The notes: generated by a model from the sequence alone, not told the origin. 64,000 nt of DNA from Carpediemonas membranifera BICM (GCA_019828565.1 JAHDYR010000029.1:62001-126000), one strand, 5' to 3'; positions 11,503 to 23,973 are shown, counted from the first letter of the stretch. Program-made: numbers and translations.

Positions 11503-11604
11503 TGTGGGTTCGTGAGAACAAAGCTTTACAAAGAATAGAGCTCGACACCCATGTGTCGAGCTGGACGACTCAAGACTATTAAATAATCTATTGATGAACC
11601 AACA
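11503..11604 (-). repeat. Putative 3' LTR of element D (102 bp)
   Basis: Termini TGTTGGTTC / GAACCCACA. After removing the 11605-12499 insertion it abuts the PPT GGGAGGGAAG (12514-12523, minus strand). Confidence 0.65.
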
Positions 11605-12499
11605 AAAGAAAGAAAGAAAGAAGTTTATGGCTTGGTATCTGGCCCCGGACTGAGCTTTCGTCCCGTTATCTTGGAGCTGAGTGCCCCGGGGCACGGCCTA
11701 ATCCCTGTCCTGAGCTAGTCAGCAGCGCTCATTTCCTGGATCAGGTGCCTACTGCGTCCGCTGATAGATGATTCCACTCGCCCCATAGGCCCTTCGGCCT
11801 TCTCCGTGCGCTTGGCGCTTTCCTGTCATCCCTGCAAGTCCGGCAATTTCCAGGGAGCCTGGGGGTCTGTCCTCAACGCTTTCGCAGGCAGGGTTGACCT
11901 GCAAGACCTTCTCTATAGCAGTCCCTGATTCCCTGCAGTCCCTGTTCAGACACAGCACCCTCTCTTCTTTCCAGTTTCCCTGTTCTGTGCCCCCTGCGGC
12001 CCTGTTACGGACCTACCCGAAGGTGGGGAGAGCGACTATGTCCCTGCTGTCTACCCCTGCTAGGTGGCGTGGGTCAGCGGCAGGGTGACCCCCCAAGCGC
12101 TAGGCCTGTGCGTCCTGTTACCCCTTACAGCAGATCTCATGCGCTACACATCCCTGGGTCCCCTTATCGTTAACAAGGGCGGCGGGGACGCCATGTCCCC
12201 CCGTACCTGTGGCCAGTCCCTGCAGTTCCCTTAGGTTCACAGTGGCTGGTGCAACCACACACGTGGATTTGTCCCTGCTTGTGGTTAGTCTGGGTCCCTG
12301 TACCCTGCTTGCGTTCTCATTTGTTGTTCTCTCTGTACTATGGTCTGGTGCTACCGGGATATGAGGGGTTTCCTCCTCCGGTCCCAGGAGCTCTGGATCC
12401 CTGTAGATATGATTACCTGACCTTACCCTGATGCCCTTCCTACTTTACCCTGTAACTGTCGTAGACCTTCCCTAACTCTCTGAGCCCGGCTCTTAGCCC
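11605..12499 (-). mobile_element. 5'-truncated (TTTC)n-tailed non-LTR-like insertion
   Basis: 14-bp TSD TTGATGAACCAACA at 11591-11604 and 12500-12513; (GAAA)n tail; homologous to the 3' region of element X. Confidence 0.9.
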
Positions 12500-12982
12500 T
12501 TGATGAACCAACACTTCCCTCCCATGCTCCGGTAGAGCATCAAAAAACTCAACACTATTATGAAGGGTGTGTTAGGTGCTTGGTCCGGGTGAATTGCCCA
12601 GATACAAGCTCCAGTAACCGTCGCTTCCATGGGGACTCGCCATGGAGCCGGAGTTGGCAATGGACTAAGCCCTATTGCCTGAACCGTTGTGAGCTCGGGA
12701 CTTTCGAGTTCACCGGATACCCGTTGACCAGACTGGCTATAAAAACCCTGTGTCTTATGCCCGGCGTGATGTCCAGTCACGTTTCTGAGATATGCTTACC
12801 TCACTACCAAATCTAAATTACCTAATATTATCTGATCAAATCTTGCGTGGTACCACTGTATTAGCGCGCTATGTTATGGGTATCCTTACCTGGGGTCCTG
12901 CCCCTCTTGAAAGTCTTTGAAACATACCCGACGATTCTGAAAGGGTCAAATGGCGCACTTTTAGGTGCCATCGATGTCCCCA

Positions 12983-13064
12983 TGTCACCGGTCTATAAAC
13001 TGCTCCGTCCAGTTTTGACCACTTTTACCCCGCTGCGGTTTACTGTAAATGATTTCAACCGACA
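12983..13064 (+). repeat. 5' LTR of element E (82 bp)
   Basis: Identical to 17262-17343; TGTC...GACA termini. Confidence 0.96.
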
Positions 13065-13075
13065 ATACTAGTATT
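13064..13075. other. 12-bp palindrome AATACTAGTATT at the PBS position of element E
   Basis: Directly abuts the 5' LTR; no TGG PBS. Confidence 0.92.
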
Positions 13076-13085
13076 AGCTGTGCTG

Positions 13086-16000
13086 ATGTCGTTAACTGTT
13101 CAAATTCCTGAGCTTTCTCCTTCAAATCTAACACTAGAGACTCTTGAGGAGTTTGAGCGCCGAGCAACGATTTTTACTATACAAAACCCAAGCATCCCAC
13201 TGTCCGTCCTCATTGAGGAGTCATTTGCCCTCGAACTCAAGGCCGAAGGCATAGACACATCCGACAAGAACTACACTCTCAAGAACTTCACCGAATGGTG
13301 TCGCCAGCGGCTCCTTCCCCACTCCATCCTAGCACTCGTCGAAGAGCTCCAAGACCTTCGTTTCCCCATGGTGCCGAGCACCGCACGCAACTTCGAAGCT
13401 GGCACGAGACTACAAGCGGCAGCATTCCGCAAGCGCATCGAGCTCTACTCCAAGACGCCAGACCCAGAAGGGTTCTTGGACCCCATCGACGACAACCCCA
13501 ATGCCGACGAACTGCTCGCAAGCTTTGATAAGCTGGCTGCACGGCTCTTCAGGGAGTCCCTGAACCCGACAGCATTCCGCAAGAAGGCACAGACCTTGCT
13601 TGCTCTCCACAACGTCAAGACCTTCGAGGACACCGTAGCGGTGGCTCTTAGGGCTGCTAGGGCGTATGACCATGATCAACCCCTCTCGCAAACCCCGGCC
13701 GGCGGACCCAAGGCCCCGGCCCAGGCCAGGAAGGCCCAGTACCGCCCGGACGCGGCCAAGCGCCCGCCGGCCGACGGACCCAAGAAGCCGTCGCGCCCCT
13801 GTCGTTTCTGTGGCGGTCCCCACATGGACTTCAGATGCGATAAGCACCCCCGCTACAGCGAGAACAACAACGCCGACAGCGCGTCGACTAACGAGAAGGG
13901 CGGGAAGGGTCCACTGACGACCCCCCGCTACTGTAAAAGGCAAAACTTACTCGTTCGTTGTAGACACTGGTGCAAGCCGAAGCTTCATTAGTTCGAAGGC
14001 ACTACGTACCCTACCCAAGGACACAGTGCAGACCTCTCTCGAGGAAAAGATCAAGGTCACGCTAGGAGACGGACGCTCCCTCGTGACAGATCAAGCAGTC
14101 ACATTTAAGGCAGCATTCCCAGCACTAGGTGTCACACCGTTGGAGGTTACATGGAAGTACTACGTACTCCCCGGTGAGTTCTTCAAGGCTCTCATCGGGT
14201 GTGACTTGCTGAGGTCACTCGCACTCATTGGCGATGGCACACTCAACCTTAACCTGCACAAGCTCTCCTCAATTGAGGGAGGACGAGGACTGGCTGCCGT
14301 TCTACCATGAATATCTCACGGAGGACGCAAACATGGCGATAACCGACGACTACTGTGGTGTCCACGTCCCGGAGTCGAAGATCCGACCCGAGATTCTCGA
14401 GATAATCAACTCATTTGACGATATCTTCGAGGAAGAACTACCCAAGGAAGGGTCTCGACTGGAACCCATGTCGATTGAACTGATAGACGAGCGGGCAATT
14501 GTACAATGCCGCGCTCGCAGACTCGACCCAGTGACCCAAGGCCTGGTGTCGACAGAGCTAGAACAACTCAGGCGAGACGGGATAATCCAGGACTCGACTG
14601 GGCCGTACAGCTCGCCGATCGTAGTAGTCAGGCAGGGCCACAAAGGATCGACCAAGATCCGTCTTTGCATTGACTACAAGGAGTTAAACTCCAAGACAGT
14701 GAGGGATAACTTCCCCCTGCCTAACACGCGCGAGTTTGTAGACCGAGCATCAGGCTGCAAATACTTTGCAGGCCTAGACCTCAGACAAGGCTACTACCAG
14801 ATGCGGATGCACGAGGAAGATATCCCCAAAACCGCTTTTGTCACTCCAGACGCATACTGCGAGTTCACCAGATGTCCATTCGGCCTGATGAACGCCCCGG
14901 CGAGATTCCAACGCGCCATGCAGAAGGCGTTCGCCGAGGTCCTCCACAAAGGGGTGGACATCTATCTTGACGACATCTTGATTTACGCCAAGACCGAGGC
15001 CCAGTTTCTCACCCTGATCAAAACCGTCTTCAGGATCTGTAGACATTATTCACTGCGCCTTAAAGGCCCGAAGTGCACGATAGGCTCAGCCCACGTCGAG
15101 GCCGTCGGGTATATTGTCTCGGAGAAGGGGAAACAACTTGCCCCAGAGAAGGTAGAGGCGGTAAACGCCATACCGCTCCCGTCCACCGCAAAGGAGCTTC
15201 AGAGGACACTGGGATCATTCAACTATGTCGCCCAGTTCGTCCCGGACTCATCACGAATCCTCAAACCTCTCAACGAGATGCTAACGGCACAGGAGAACTC
15301 AAAGAACATAACTTGGAACCCCAAACAAGAAGAGGCGTTTACAACGTTCAAGGAGAGACTCAGCTCAGACACAGTCCTCCATTTCCCCGACTTCTCAAAG
15401 AAGTGGACCCTCGAGACGGACGCGTCGAACGACGGACTAGGGGGCATTCTGTTCCAAGAAGACGACTCCGGCAACCGAGAGATCGTCTCGCTCTTCGCAA
15501 AGTGTCATACGCCAACCCAGACTAGGTGGCCGACCTACGAACAAGAGCTTCATGCTATCATCTTTTTGTCTCACGAGACCTGACATGGCTCAACTTTTCC
15601 GCCTCAAGGACAACATACAGATCCGCACCGACCACCAGAATCTGGTATATCTCATGCAGAGGAAGGAGCTTTCCAAGAAACTCCTCAGGTGGACGTCTGT
15701 CTTGTCGGACTACAACATTACGATCGAGCATATTGCTGGAGAGACAAACAAGATGGCAGACATGCTGTCGCGTATCCTTCCCCGAGGGGGACCTCGGGCC
15801 GCAGCTGAACCTGCTAGAGGCGGAGGACGCCGGCCCAGGGCTGACCCTTGAGTTGATCCAGGCTGCCCAGGCCATGGCACCTGAGTCAACTCGAGTCGGC
15901 TGGGAGAAACTAGAGGGAGTATCCATCGAAAACTCGATCTACTTCAAGGACGGAGTGCCGATTATCCCCAAGGGAGAGACACGCGACAAGGCCCTTCGGA

Positions 16001-17203
16001 CCGCTCACCAATTTCATACGGGAGCAAATTCAACGTTCCAAGCACTCGCCACGTCTGCATTTTTGGCCGGGGATGCTCTTGGACGTCAAAAAGCACATCA
16101 AGACGTGCCCCATTTGTCTGAAGACTCGCATCAAGGACTACTTTATCGCCCAAAAGGGCCAGACAAGACGCACCAGACCATGGGAGACAGTGGCAGTCGA
16201 CACAATTGGCCCTCTCCCAACGGATTCGCTGGGCGCTCGCTACATCATTGTGGCTGTAGACATGTTTACAAGATACACCGAGCTCGTCGCAGTCGCATCG
16301 ATCGACGCCGAGACCTCCGCCAGGGCCCTATGGGACCACGTTTTCACGCGACACGGGATACCGGCGGAGATTCTGTCCGACGGCGGCCCGGAGTACGCGA
16401 ACTCGATAGTTGAACAACTCACAACGTCATTGAAAGTCGCACACCACTTCACCATCCCGTTTCATCCACAGAGCAATGGTCTCGTGGAGAGAAGGAATGC
16501 GGAGATTGGAAGACACCTACGGTGGCTTGTCCTGGCAATAGCCTACAAAGACCAGTGGTGCGGACTCCTACCGACGGTCCAGATGATTATCAACGGCACG
16601 ACACATACGGCCACGAAGTTCTCCCCGCACGAGCTGATATTTGGCCATGAGCACAACATGTTTACAAGCTGGTGGACGAACGACAACAACTCTCCGATCA
16701 GAGATTTCCCAGAGTTCAAAAAGGACCTGGAGCTGGCCCTTAACGCCCTGGAGACCACTGCCAGAGAGAGTGTGGGCCCGGGCCAAAAGACAATAGTCAA
16801 CACCGAACTGAAGCCGGGTGACTACGTCCTCTGGAAAGATGAGGCCCCTCAGAAGCTAGACGCGCGCAACAGGGGCCCATGGAAGGTACACGATGTACTG
16901 GATAATAACAGAATAGTCATGCAGTCGATACTCGACGGATCGACCAGATCAACCCACATTGAAAAACTCATGATGTTCGACACGGATGCCGTAACGGACA
17001 CGATGATGCTTCAACTTGCAAGCTTCGACCAGAAAAAATGGGAGGTAGAGCGAGTAGTATCGGTAGACTGGAAAGAAGGGACAGCCGCCATCAAGTGGGT
17101 AGGATTCGAAAACATAACGGAAGAACCACTCTCGGGAGTGAAACACCTCGAGGAGATGAAGAGGTTGGCCCGTAAGGCGAGGAAGAACCTGAAACTCTAC
17201 TAA
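13086..17203 (+). CDS. Gag-Pol of element E (several frameshifts, possibly assembly errors)
   Basis: ORFs 13080-13991, 14026-14310, 14228-15583, 15552-15851 and 16073-17203 give consecutive domains. Confidence 0.88.
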
Positions 17204-17261
17204 CCATCTTTTTCCCCCGTTCCTTGCAGGTTGGGGGTTTTCTCATCAAAAAGGGAGGTAG

Positions 17262-17343
17262 TGTCACCGGTCTATAAACTGCTCCGTCCAGTTTTGACCA
17301 CTTTTACCCCGCTGCGGTTTACTGTAAATGATTTCAACCGACA
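17262..17343 (+). repeat. 3' LTR of element E (82 bp)
   Basis: Preceded by the PPT, followed by TSD CCCA. Confidence 0.96.
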
Positions 17344-17643
17344 CCCATGTCAATTCTTACCAGAGGTTGGTTACATTCCGCCTAATCTTACACGGCGTTC
17401 AAAAAACGGGTTAAGAGGCTCCAATTCCTTCTCGTTCGCGAGATATGGCACTTTTTCGTTTTGCACCGCCGGAAACACTTTTTGGATCCCGAAAACGCGG
17501 CTATATTGAATAACAACATCAGTTCCACCATGTAAACAACTCTATGTTCCACTTCTGAACAGCATTGTTGCGTAACCATTGCGTTTCATCGATTTCGCAT
17601 TTTTTGCTTTCTGGAAAGTCGACTTTCTAGACGATCACAGCTC

Positions 17644-18765
17644 ATGGGGGATTTCGACGCCGCTGTGGAAACTATTCTAAATCGTCTTACGACTAACACT
17701 TCGAGAATGCAATTTTGCCCTCTCCTCCGTCGCCATATCTCTGAAACTGGTTCCTACCTCGAGCTGTTCACCCCTTACCAGCCGCGACGTGCTCCTAGGC
17801 GCCAAAACGTCCCTAATGTCCCAGAGGAACTTGCTGGCGCCGTAACCAGTTCTGCATCTGACAGCGAGAGCGTTAACGCCGTCGACCTACGCTACCTTCC
17901 GGCTTCTCCTGACCCAACCGACAATGAGTCTGACTCCGAGTCGGACGACACCCCGCCATCCCTCTCTGGCTACGTGGAACTCGTCACCCGGCAGGCAGTC
18001 AGCTACTACTGGAACTCTCCCCGGACTGAGTTACTGCTGCTCACCGACAACCGGCTGCACTCTTACACCCGCGCTTCCGCTGCAGTGCACTCGCATGACG
18101 CCGGCGCTGATCTCTGCCGTGACGCTATCGTACTCCAGGCGATGTCGGCTTACCTCTCCATACGTCGCGATTCGACTGATGCTGCCATCGTTTCAGCCTA
18201 CCTCACTGCTGTTCGAGACAAACGCGCGTATGTGCCGAACGCGCTCAAGCAAGAGATCGAGAATCGCTCTGGCCTCAGCATCGTCACCATGCGTCCTCAT
18301 GTCTTCCGTGCTGTCATGCTCGGCCACGATGTCAACCTATATTTTGTGCTGCACATGGGAGAGGCCCTCGGTATCCTCACCCGCGCTGATTGCGCTGAGT
18401 TCGCTCGTCAGTACTTCGCTCGCATGCGTAGCGGCGCTTCCTTCGACGACGCAGAGTTCAGTCTTCTGTCAGGCTTCATGCCGGTTACTGCTGACCGCGC
18501 CCCGTCGCTGACTCTGCAAGACATGACTTCTGCAGCCTTCACGGTCTCGCGTGTTTGGCATTATCGTTTTGACGCCCCTGGTCTTCTGCGCCTGCATGTC
18601 AGTTATGAGGAATGCCCCAATGTGAGCAGCATTGCCATCGCTACTCGGCGCATGCAGACTCACCCTGCCGTCGCCCAGTTCCTCACTGAGCATCTGTCTT
18701 ACGAGTCTTACCTCGCCGACGACGTTGCCCTCGATGGTAACGTCCGTTGTGACACTTGCGAATAA
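17644..18765 (+). CDS. 373-aa ORF antisense to pol of element D, possible degenerate C-terminal chromodomain
   Basis: Long ATG-initiated ORF converging on the integrase stop 25 bp away. FTVSRVWHYRFDAPGLLRLHVSYEE resembles a chromodomain pattern. Confidence 0.6.
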   Translation: MGDFDAAVETILNRLTTNTSRMQFCPLLRRHISETGSYLELFTPYQPRRAPRRQNVPNVPEELAGAVTSSASDSESVNAVDLRYLPASPDPTDNESDSESDDTPPSLSGYVELVTRQAVSYYWNSPRTELLLLTDNRLHSYTRASAAVHSHDAGADLCRDAIVLQAMSAYLSIRRDSTDAAIVSAYLTAVRDKRAYVPNALKQEIENRSGLSIVTMRPHVFRAVMLGHDVNLYFVLHMGEALGILTRADCAEFARQYFARMRSGASFDDAEFSLLSGFMPVTADRAPSLTLQDMTSAAFTVSRVWHYRFDAPGLLRLHVSYEECPNVSSIAIATRRMQTHPAVAQFLTEHLSYESYLADDVALDGNVRCDTCE

Positions 18766-18790
18766 ACAGTTTCTGATGCTTGGGGGCCAT

Positions 18791-19459
18791 TTATTCGGCC
18801 TTCCCCAGATATATATCCAACGCTTCGCATCCCTTAACGTTCTGGTACGGCTCCCACGTATCTTCCGAAGGCTCGTACCCTGCCCATCGGACGTGGAACT
18901 GCCGATCGCTGAGTCTGCGCTCATGCGTTGCTTCGTATATCGACTCCACGACATACTCGCCGATCGTCACTGCTGCTAGCTCTTGGGCATGTTGCATGGA
19001 CAGCTCGCCTGAAAATGGTCTGACCCTCTCGGACGCGACCTGGAATTCGGTCCTCGTATTGACATCTCTAACCCAGTAACCAACAGGAAAGTCATTCCTC
19101 ATGATAGGCTGGATCAGTTGCATGGGGCCTCGCCACCCTGCAGCCAACTTTGATGGTGGCCCATTCGGGTATTTGAACAATACAAACTCAGACGTAATTG
19201 GTTCAGGAGGGGGCAGCTTGCTGAGAGCGTCAGCGTGCATTGCCTTAATACGTGCTTCAGCGAGCTCTCGAGCGAGTTTGGCAGCAGCTACGTTGCTCGC
19301 TGGTTGGCTGACCGCCTTCTCACCCAGTTCTTTGACGATTAGCATGTCGGCCGGTACGCGCAGATCACTACCAAAAATCACCTCTGCTGGGGTTAAACGC
19401 GTTGCTGAGTGTGGTGTCGCGTTGACAATGTACTGTGCGACTGGCAACGACTCCGACCA
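18791..19459 (-). pseudogene. Integrase C-terminus and chromodomain of element D
   Basis: WSESLPVAQYIVNATPHSAT, KLAAGWRGP, YVVESI..FHVRWAGYEPSEDTWEP. Truncated by element X. Confidence 0.9.
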
Positions 19460-19932
19460 GTTCACCAATGATTTCAGCAAAGTGGAAACACTTCGATCAT
19501 GGATGGACAAGGACCAACAGGCCTGGCCTATATGGATAGGGCAGTGCCCCATGGAGCTCAGAAGGAGCGGCCTTGGCCTCCTGTCTGAACATTCAAGGGT
19601 TGCTATCAGGGCATACCGCTGGGCGCGAGTGGGAGCTCCACGCCCATACCAAGGAATCAAAGTGTCTTCATGGAACGTATGTTTACAAGGAAAAGGAAAA
19701 CAACCGTCGAGGGCCAGTGCTAGCACCGGCGGCTACATGGTTTTGTCAAGACCACAAGGAAGGAAGGGCAGCACAAAAGGGAAACAGGGGCCGTCGATAG
19801 AGGCTAAAAAGGAGACTACGAACAAAGCAACAACAACTACACAGAAAGGCCCCGCTACTCAGAAAAGGGCGACGCATTTTTAGGACCGCGCCTTTTTGGA
19901 AAGAATGGCCTATATAGTACGGAGCATGGACA

Positions 19933-22445
19933 ATGGGAGAAACTGGAAGGCCTGGACGGAGACCTCACCCGGATATGTACATGTGGCCCGACTTTCGGAC
20001 CCAAAAATTCCGACCCAGTTTATGGACTAGGAAAAGGGGAGAAATTTTGCACTCAACAATGCAGGTAGAAATACCGACAAGGATCAGGGATTCCACGCAG
20101 AAGCAGTGGGAGGACATCAGGGAACTACTGGACAGCTTCCTCGCTGAAAGGAACGATTCAAGGACTCTACTTCTTCGTAGAACAGGCAAGTTTACAGGAA
20201 AGTCGCTCAATGCGAACTCCAAAGGACGCAAGGAAGTAATCATGAACGCCAGACGCATCCTCTTCGCAACCGGCGTCACTGACAACAAGGACATCATCCT
20301 CAGGAACCCATGCGGCATCCACGGCCTCCGCGACCTTTTCTACATGCTCACAGAGGCGCTCAACCCCAGAGACGAGGAAGCAAAGGACATGGCACAGGCA
20401 CTGGAGCCCAAGACGCTGAAAGCGGGCTTCACTGGCATGGCAAGATGGCCATCTGAGAAGGACATCGAGACGGCGATCCTCAAGCCGAAGGAAGATGGGC
20501 CCATCGAATGGGATGTAGACAGGGACAGCGTCAAGAAGGCCGAAGGGTCGTTCATACTGGTATCAGGGGCTCATGGAGACGAGGCCGTAGAAGGCGTGCC
20601 TTACGACAAGGTATGGGATCCGGCAAACCAAGGCCCGGTCACCAGAGTGGCCTACGAGCAAGAGGACGGCAAGTACAGGGTCATCCTAGAGCTAAGCGAC
20701 ACGTCAGCATGGTCCATCAGCCGCTTCATGGAGGAGGCTAGGGACATCCTCAGGCTTCAGGCACCGGAGGCCCCGGCCATATGGCAGGCAGCATGGAACA
20801 AGTCAGGGATCTACCTGAAGGGCAGAACCAATATCCTGGGCGAAGGGGAGGAGACCCCCCTTAGCAACGAGCCGCCGTTCCGGAAGGTGAGGCTGGAAGT
20901 GCTCAAGGCCACCTCGGTCCGCAGCAATAGGGACGAACATGCCGATCTGGACAGGTCGTCCGCTAGCACGGTCATCGACGGAGACGAGGAGCAACATGTC
21001 AAGGACAAGGAGGAACGACGCCAGCAGGCCACCATGCCCGGCAGAAGAAGCCTCGACGACAGCCTCCTGGAAGTGAACAAGGACATGGTCGGGGCCAACC
21101 AAGGCAAGATCGACCAGGACGAGGAGGTCGACTCAAACAAGGTCAGCAGCCAGCCGCCGAGGATGCCTAGAAAGGACAAGGAGAAACGACTGGTGATCGG
21201 AGCCATCGACTTCGAGTGCGCAGACCCTGGCGTCAAGAAGGCAGGGATCCCTGCCATCCCGGTTGAGGGCGGGATCGTACTCTTTGACCTCAGCACTGGG
21301 GACATTCTTGGACACGGGCATGGCCTGTATTACCAGGACATACCGGCAGCAAGCATGGACCAAGCGAGGTACACGGCATGGGCAGTGACGGGGCTGCCGC
21401 CGGCCACCTTCGTGGAGGTCGGGACGGGGCGGCCGCCGATCGAGTATGAGAAGCACATACATACTTTCAGGGACTGGGCCAACCGCCTGGCGGCTCAGCT
21501 GGCAAGGATCGAAAGGTCGGAGGGTTGGAAGATAATCATGTATGCAAAGGGGGTGGAGATGGAAAGCTTCCTCCTCACGAACCCCACAAATGGACTGGAG
21601 CAAGGAACCAGGGAATTCTTCCAAGCTAGGCTGGTGGACGAGAAGAAGCTACCAGAGATCCTGGAGAACAACGGCAAGGAGGAGGCTGGCCAAAACCTCA
21701 GGGACAACCTCGACAAGGCCAACTACCTGGAAGCAGTAACAACATGGTCAAATGGATGGCAGAACAGGAGCGAGCCCAAGGGAGTCTGTCCGTACCACAG
21801 ACACACCGCGGGTTGCTACCACTGTGGGTTGGCGGATACAGTAGTCTTCACAGCCAGGATCAGGGCCCTATGCAAGGAGAGGATGAGCACCCCAGACGTC
21901 TACCACTACATGGGTAAGGCACTCGACAAGACCATGGAAGCAGTCGGGAAGGCGGAGCCGGGCATGGATATCATGGGAGGCCCGGAATTCGCGACAAGGA
22001 GGGACACCTTTGAGATCTTCGGCACGTACCCGATCGGGGACGCAAGGGACGTCAGCAGGGAAGTCGGCGACAGGATCCTCGTAGTCCCGGACAACGGACA
22101 CCGCTTCGGCATCGGCTTCGGGTTCGGGGAGGTTCTGTTGGGCATGAAGGGCATCTTACTGGCCCCCCTCACAATCATGGACAACGAAGGAGTGCTGGAG
22201 AGAAGCCCGCTATGGACCATCATGGAAGAGCCACGGCTAACCAGCTCCGCATGGTACGCGTCAGGAAGGGCCTAGGGGCAGCAAGGGAGGAGGACATCAT
22301 AACCATGGCCATGCTATACGAGTGGTGGCCCTCGAAGGAGGCTACGGCTCATCAAGGAGTCTGGGGCTGCGACGACCTAGCAGAGAGCCTCAGGGACTAT
22401 GAGAAGGTCATAGTCAACGTCAAGGCCCCCCAGGAACAGGGGTAG
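19933..22445 (+). CDS. Element X ORF1 with a Maelstrom-like DEDDh nuclease domain (about 21187-21870)
   Basis: GAIDFEC, IPVEGGIVLFDL, YAKGVEME, CPYH..YHCGLAD. The indel near 22227 is in frame in the inverted copy. Confidence 0.75.
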
Positions 22446-22485
22446 GATCACCCTAGGGGCGAGCTTCATCCCGAGAGACTGGGGC

Positions 22486-23437
22486 ATGGTCAGGGTCAGC
22501 GAGGCTGGGACCATCCTAAGCCGCATGCGCAAGGAAGGGGCCAGACTAGTCTCGGCAGCTATCCCGGACGAGCCCAGAGCCAACACAGTCAATGTCCCAG
22601 GCATCACGTATGTCCCCACCATCGACGGAAAGTCCGAACAGCCATACCAAAGTAGGTTCTTCGACAACGGCCTGGAGGAAAAGGCGAGGCGGATTAGCAC
22701 CAGGATGGTGGGCAGGCACTTCGGCCAGGACGCGGATCAAGGACATCACGACCAGCATGGAGACAGGGAAGAGGACAGAAGGGTAGGACACGGAGCCGGC
22801 GGTAGAGCTGGTGTCAGAGCTGACGACAGAACCGGCGACAGAGCTGGTAACATGAACAGGACCTCGGATCGTAACCACGGAGGAGACGACAGGGAGAGAC
22901 AGGACAACACGGGAACGCAGATGAGAGGCTCGTTCAGCGGGAACACCTGGGCCGGTAGAGGCTCAGAGGGAGGCATGGACAACAGCAAGGATCACTCTTC
23001 CTCCACGACGCTCAAGCGCAAGGAGGGCAGCACGAGTAGGATCATGGACTCCGGACAGCGGAAAGAGAAGCAGGCACGAAGAGGACATGGACTGGGAGTC
23101 TGGAAGCAGACAGGCAACCGGCATGGACTCGGAGAAGCTGCGGCTCCGAAAGCAGTTGGCAGAGGCGCAACAAGAGATCTCAGCGCTCAAGGCTGCCCGA
23201 CTCATGCAAGAGCAAGGCCACGGAAGGTTGGTGCTCTCCGGCGTCGCGACTAAGCCCAGCAAGGAGAAGCCCACGATCCCCCGGCACAAGCACAAGAAGG
23301 CTAAGAAGGCCAAGCAGATCTCACCCATGGACCTGATGACCCAGTTCATCACGGTAATGCAGAGTCTACAAGGACAGCAAGTGAGTCAGGCCGAGGACAG
23401 CTGCAGCGGCAGTGGGGAGTCCACGGAGGAGGAGTAA
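22486..23437 (+). CDS. Element X downstream ORF, low-complexity with a coiled coil (intact 316 aa in the inverted copy)
   Basis: Matches ORF 31128-32078. May be fused to ORF1 through a frameshift at a C6 run near 22426. Confidence 0.6.
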
Positions 23438-23973
23438 GGACATGGTAAAGCAGTATTCTTTCAAGGAACAAGCAACATTTTCTTTATAATTCACAAGCCC
23501 TGGCTCCCACCCAGGGCCCGGCATTAGCTGAAATGCACTGCCGGTAGGCTGTAGCGGCAGCCAAAGGGGGGTCACGTCATATCGTCCCCCTCCTAAGTAC
23601 CCTGCCCGAAGAATGGAAGGTCACCAGGTAAGAAAGAAAAGAAAGAAATTTATGGTGCTTGGATTCTGACCCCGGACTGAGCTTGTTTCCCGTTGTCTTG
23701 GAGCTGAGTGCCCCGGGGTACTGCCTATTTCCCGTGGCAAACTGGTCAGCAGCGTTTGCCTTGGGCTTTCGGTGCTACTGTCTCCGCGGAAAGCCGATTC
23801 CAATCGCCCCAGAGGCCCTGCGGCCATCTCCGTGCAAATATGCTTTCCTGTCTCCCTGAAAGTCCGGCAACTATCCGGGGAGCCTGGGGGTCTGTCCTCG
23901 GGGCATTGACAGGCAGGATCGTCCTGCAGAACCTTGACTATGACACTCCTTGCTTCCCTGCAGTCCTTGTAGA

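Larger units (their letters stand above)
12983..17343 (+). mobile_element. Full-length Ty3/gypsy LTR retrotransposon E
   Basis: Identical 82-bp LTRs, 4-bp TSD CCCA, PPT AAAAAGGGAGGTAG, and gag (CRFCGGPHMDFRC), PR, RT (IYLDDIL), RH, IN and chromodomain-like end in frameshifted ORFs. Confidence 0.96.
11503..19459 (-). mobile_element. 3' part of LTR retrotransposon D, interrupted by two insertions
   Basis: Integrase C-terminus and chromodomain at 18791-19459, long 3' region, PPT and LTR. Continuity across the insertions is inferred from their TSDs. Confidence 0.55.

Noticed and set aside
10507-11552. CCCATG flanking 10513-11546 as a 6-bp TSD, suggesting site-specific insertion at CCCA
   Set aside because: Better explained as hairpin loops inside two oppositely oriented LTRs (10469-10551 and 11503-11604). 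The match to the CCCA TSD of element E appears coincidental.
18791-19883. ORFs 18791-19726 and 19101-19883 as single proteins
   Set aside because: Both are chimeric across the D/X junction at 19457.
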